From a virus (Duplodnaviria; Heunggongvirae; Uroviricota; Caudoviricetes), in IMG/VR virus record IMGVR_UViG_2778261085_000014: DNA of 9,284 nucleotides; one strand, 5' to 3'. The position numbers were made by a program, and so were the translations under genes. The notes beneath the pieces were generated by a model. The model had not been told where the DNA came from. It searched no databases and saw nothing but the letters and a program-made list of their open reading frames with translations. Each line of letters starts with the position of its first letter. The stretch's first letter is position 1. Positions 7,878 through 9,284 of this stretch are shown here, in pieces.

Positions 7878-8543
7878 ATGAATATGCAAATTTTTATCGC
7901 ACCAGCAGCCACAGTTGCTGCAGTCTGCCTTGCTGCATATTTTGCTTTACGAAATGAACGTAAAAAGAAAGCACTTGAGATTAGAACAACTCAACTAGAT
8001 CGAATATCTGAGCTAGTAAACCGAGCATCTACCAATTTGATGCAATATACAGGTACTCTTGCCTCTATACTGGAAGCGCACGCCAAAGATAATTATCTAC
8101 CGAACAAAAAATTTGACATTAATGTAATTAGCAAATGGAAAGATTGCCTCGATGAGAGTGAGGTCTGGGCGATTGATATACAGCAACTAAGAACATGTCA
8201 GCACAGTCTGGAGTTTCATCGTGAAAAAGAATGGGCTGAATGGAAAAAAATAATTCCACCATTACTTGATAAAATTAACCAATTTTTTCTCATATCTAAG
8301 CCAGGGCAACCTGTTACGTTTATAAATGGCCAAAACAAAACAGCTGATGAACTACTTGTTTTCTCAAGATATTTGAGAAAACAAACAGCAGAAATTGAAT
8401 CAGTACGTCAGCTGTTACTTTCTCAAATGAGAGAGGAATTCATCGAGTTAACTAGCTTTGAACCTGTCACAATGTTTAGCTTATTTAAATCAATAAAGAA
8501 AAATGTCATGCAATTTTTCTGTATCAGTGCTCTTAAAAATTGA
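7878..8543 (+). CDS. Hypothetical membrane-anchored protein with no recognised family; AT-rich cargo gene inserted between D and ogr
   Basis: Uninterrupted 221-codon frame from ATG 7878, with SD-like AAAGGA at 7864-7869 (8-nt spacer). N-terminal hydrophobic helix IFIAPAATVAAVCLAAYFAL followed by a basic stretch, then a charged soluble domain of about 190 aa. Markedly AT-rich versus flanking D and ogr, and followed by its own terminator. Confidence 0.65.
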   Translation: MNMQIFIAPAATVAAVCLAAYFALRNERKKKALEIRTTQLDRISELVNRASTNLMQYTGTLASILEAHAKDNYLPNKKFDINVISKWKDCLDESEVWAIDIQQLRTCQHSLEFHREKEWAEWKKIIPPLLDKINQFFLISKPGQPVTFINGQNKTADELLVFSRYLRKQTAEIESVRQLLLSQMREEFIELTSFEPVTMFSLFKSIKKNVMQFFCISALKN

Positions 8544-8558
8544 CGCTCTGTTGCAAGC

Positions 8559-8589
8559 AACCCCAGTGTTAAACTGGGGTTATTCTTGC
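8559..8589 (+). terminator. Rho-independent terminator-like hairpin after the AT-rich gene: stem AACCCCAGT / ACTGGGGTT, loop GTTAA, then ATTCTTGC
   Basis: Perfect 9-bp inverted repeat at 8559-8567 / 8573-8581, 16 nt after the stop codon, followed by a T-rich tail. Confidence 0.55.
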
Positions 8590-8633
8590 TAAGAGACCTT
8601 TCTACGGCATCAGTAAACAAAACGAACTATCAG

Positions 8634-8662
8634 TTGGAGTCTGAGCAAGTTCAGCCTAAACT
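8634..8662 (+). promoter_or_regulatory. Candidate sigma70-type promoter for ogr: -35 TTGGAG, 17-bp spacer, -10 TAAACT
   Basis: Hexamers at 8634-8639 and 8657-8662 with 17-bp spacing, about 30 nt upstream of the ogr SD. ogr is insulated from upstream transcription by the terminator at 8559-8589, so it needs its own promoter. Weak, sequence-only call. Confidence 0.25.
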
Positions 8663-8692
8663 AGCGACAGCACTACGTTAAGGGAGGTCGCT

Positions 8693-8953
8693 ATGTTCCG
8701 TTGTCCGCTTTGTGGCGCATCTGCCCGTATCCGCACCAGTCGTCCGGAAAATGATTCAAACACCGTGCGGCAAAAGTATTACCAGTGTAACAACCTGGAA
8801 TGCGGCGTATGCTTCTCAACACTGGAAGCTTTCCATAAATTCACATCGAAACACGCCTCCGGCATCTACTCTTCAGAAGGTATCCCGTGGCATGAGCTGC
8901 CAGCTTCACACAGGGGAAACAATCAGATGAGCTTGCCTTTACCTCAGAATTAA
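8693..8953 (+). CDS. ogr: Ogr/Delta-family zinc-finger late transcription activator
   Basis: 86-aa ORF starting MFRCPLCGASARIRTSR...YYQCNNLECGVCF, with the Cys-x2-Cys ... Cys-x4-Cys arrangement and N-terminal MF-CPLC signature of P2 Ogr. Strong SD AAGGGAGG 5 nt before the ATG. Confidence 0.85.
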   Translation: MFRCPLCGASARIRTSRPENDSNTVRQKYYQCNNLECGVCFSTLEAFHKFTSKHASGIYSSEGIPWHELPASHRGNNQMSLPLPQN

Positions 8954-9013
8954 CAGGCAGAATTGCCGGAGTAACAAAAAAGCGATAGATTACGCGCGGG
9001 TGCCTTTCGGCTG

Positions 9014-9226
9014 ATGGTCGGAGGGAATACCCGAAGGCCAGATGTGGAAAGGCCCCGGAAAACATCTCTGTTTAACCGAGGCCCTAACCGCATTACCTTG
9101 ACAAGTGAAAGGTTAGCGCCTCTCCGGAAAAGGAGCAAGTGCTATGTCGCAAAAATCGCTTACGGCCATCACGTTCTGCGTGACGGCAATCCTCATCATC
9201 TGGATGTTGCACGGTTCGCTGTGTGA
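9014..9226 (+). CDS. mok-like reading frame overlapping the hok-like toxin gene; true start uncertain
   Basis: 70-codon frame beginning about 130 nt upstream of the hok-like ATG and ending inside it in a different frame, mirroring the mok/hok overlap of plasmid R1 hok/sok. Called from architecture only. Confidence 0.25.
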   Translation: MVGGNTRRPDVERPRKTSLFNRGPNRITLTSERLAPLRKRSKCYVAKIAYGHHVLRDGNPHHLDVARFAV

Positions 9227-9284
9227 AATACGGATGAGCTTCTGGGGAGCGGAGTTTGCGGCGTTCTTACAGTGTAAGCAGTAA
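9144..9284 (+). CDS. Hok/Gef-family type I toxin (small membrane-depolarising peptide)
   Basis: Manual translation gives the 46-aa peptide MSQKSLTAITFCVTAILIIWMLHGSLCEIRMSFWGAEFAAFLQCKQ. It has an N-terminal transmembrane helix followed by the SLCEIR and E-x-AAF motifs characteristic of Hok/Gef peptides. AAGGAG SD 8 nt upstream. The stop TAA is the last codon of the window. Too short for the supplied ORF track. Confidence 0.65.
   Translation: MSQKSLTAITFCVTAILIIWMLHGSLCEIRMSFWGAEFAAFLQCKQ

Noticed and set aside
8423-8620. 65-aa minus-strand ORF overlapping the 3' end of the AT-rich gene and its terminator
   Set aside because: Antisense to a better-supported gene, spans the terminator hairpin, and has no SD; likely a chance ORF in AT-rich sequence.
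8712-9138. Alternative-frame and antisense ORFs over ogr and the hok leader (8712-8930 plus, 8841-9065 minus, 8950-9138 minus)
   Set aside because: They overlap the well-supported ogr frame or the hok leader. The minus-strand region over the leader is where a non-coding Sok-like antisense RNA would be expected, not a protein.
8954-9143. Possible tRNA gene, attachment site or prophage boundary immediately after ogr
   Set aside because: No tRNA-like sequence (no T-arm GGTTCGA-type motif or cloverleaf) and no match to the P2 att core as I remember it. The region is better explained as the structured leader of the hok-like mRNA, so the prophage end cannot be defined from this window.
1-9284. CRISPR arrays, rRNA, tRNA, IS elements or long direct repeats
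   Set aside because: No regularly spaced repeats, no rRNA or tRNA signatures and no terminal inverted repeats with a transposase frame were visible on reading both strands.

Overview
This window looks like a mosaic piece of a P2-like (Peduovirus-type) prophage or prophage remnant in an enterobacterial-type genome; all protein-family assignments are from reading the translations by eye, with no searches run. The centre (841-6416, minus strand) is a contractile-tail module in P2 order: FI sheath, FII tube, E and the frameshifted E+E' chaperones, T tape measure, and U, closed by a terminator-like hairpin after U. Divergent from FI, on the plus strand, lie gene D (6574-7683) and the late activator ogr (8693-8953). 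Two strongly AT-rich cargo genes interrupt this GC-rich backbone: a glycosyltransferase family 9 (heptosyltransferase-like) C-terminal-domain ORF (79-744) and a 221-aa membrane-anchored protein of no family I recognise (7878-8543) inserted between D and ogr. A Hok/Gef-family type I toxin gene (9144-9284) with an overlapping mok-like frame follows ogr at the window edge and is absent from the ORF track. The best candidates for something undescribed are the unknown D-ogr insert, the uncoupling of D from the FI-U operon, and the hok-like locus. No rRNA, tRNA, CRISPR array or IS element was seen.
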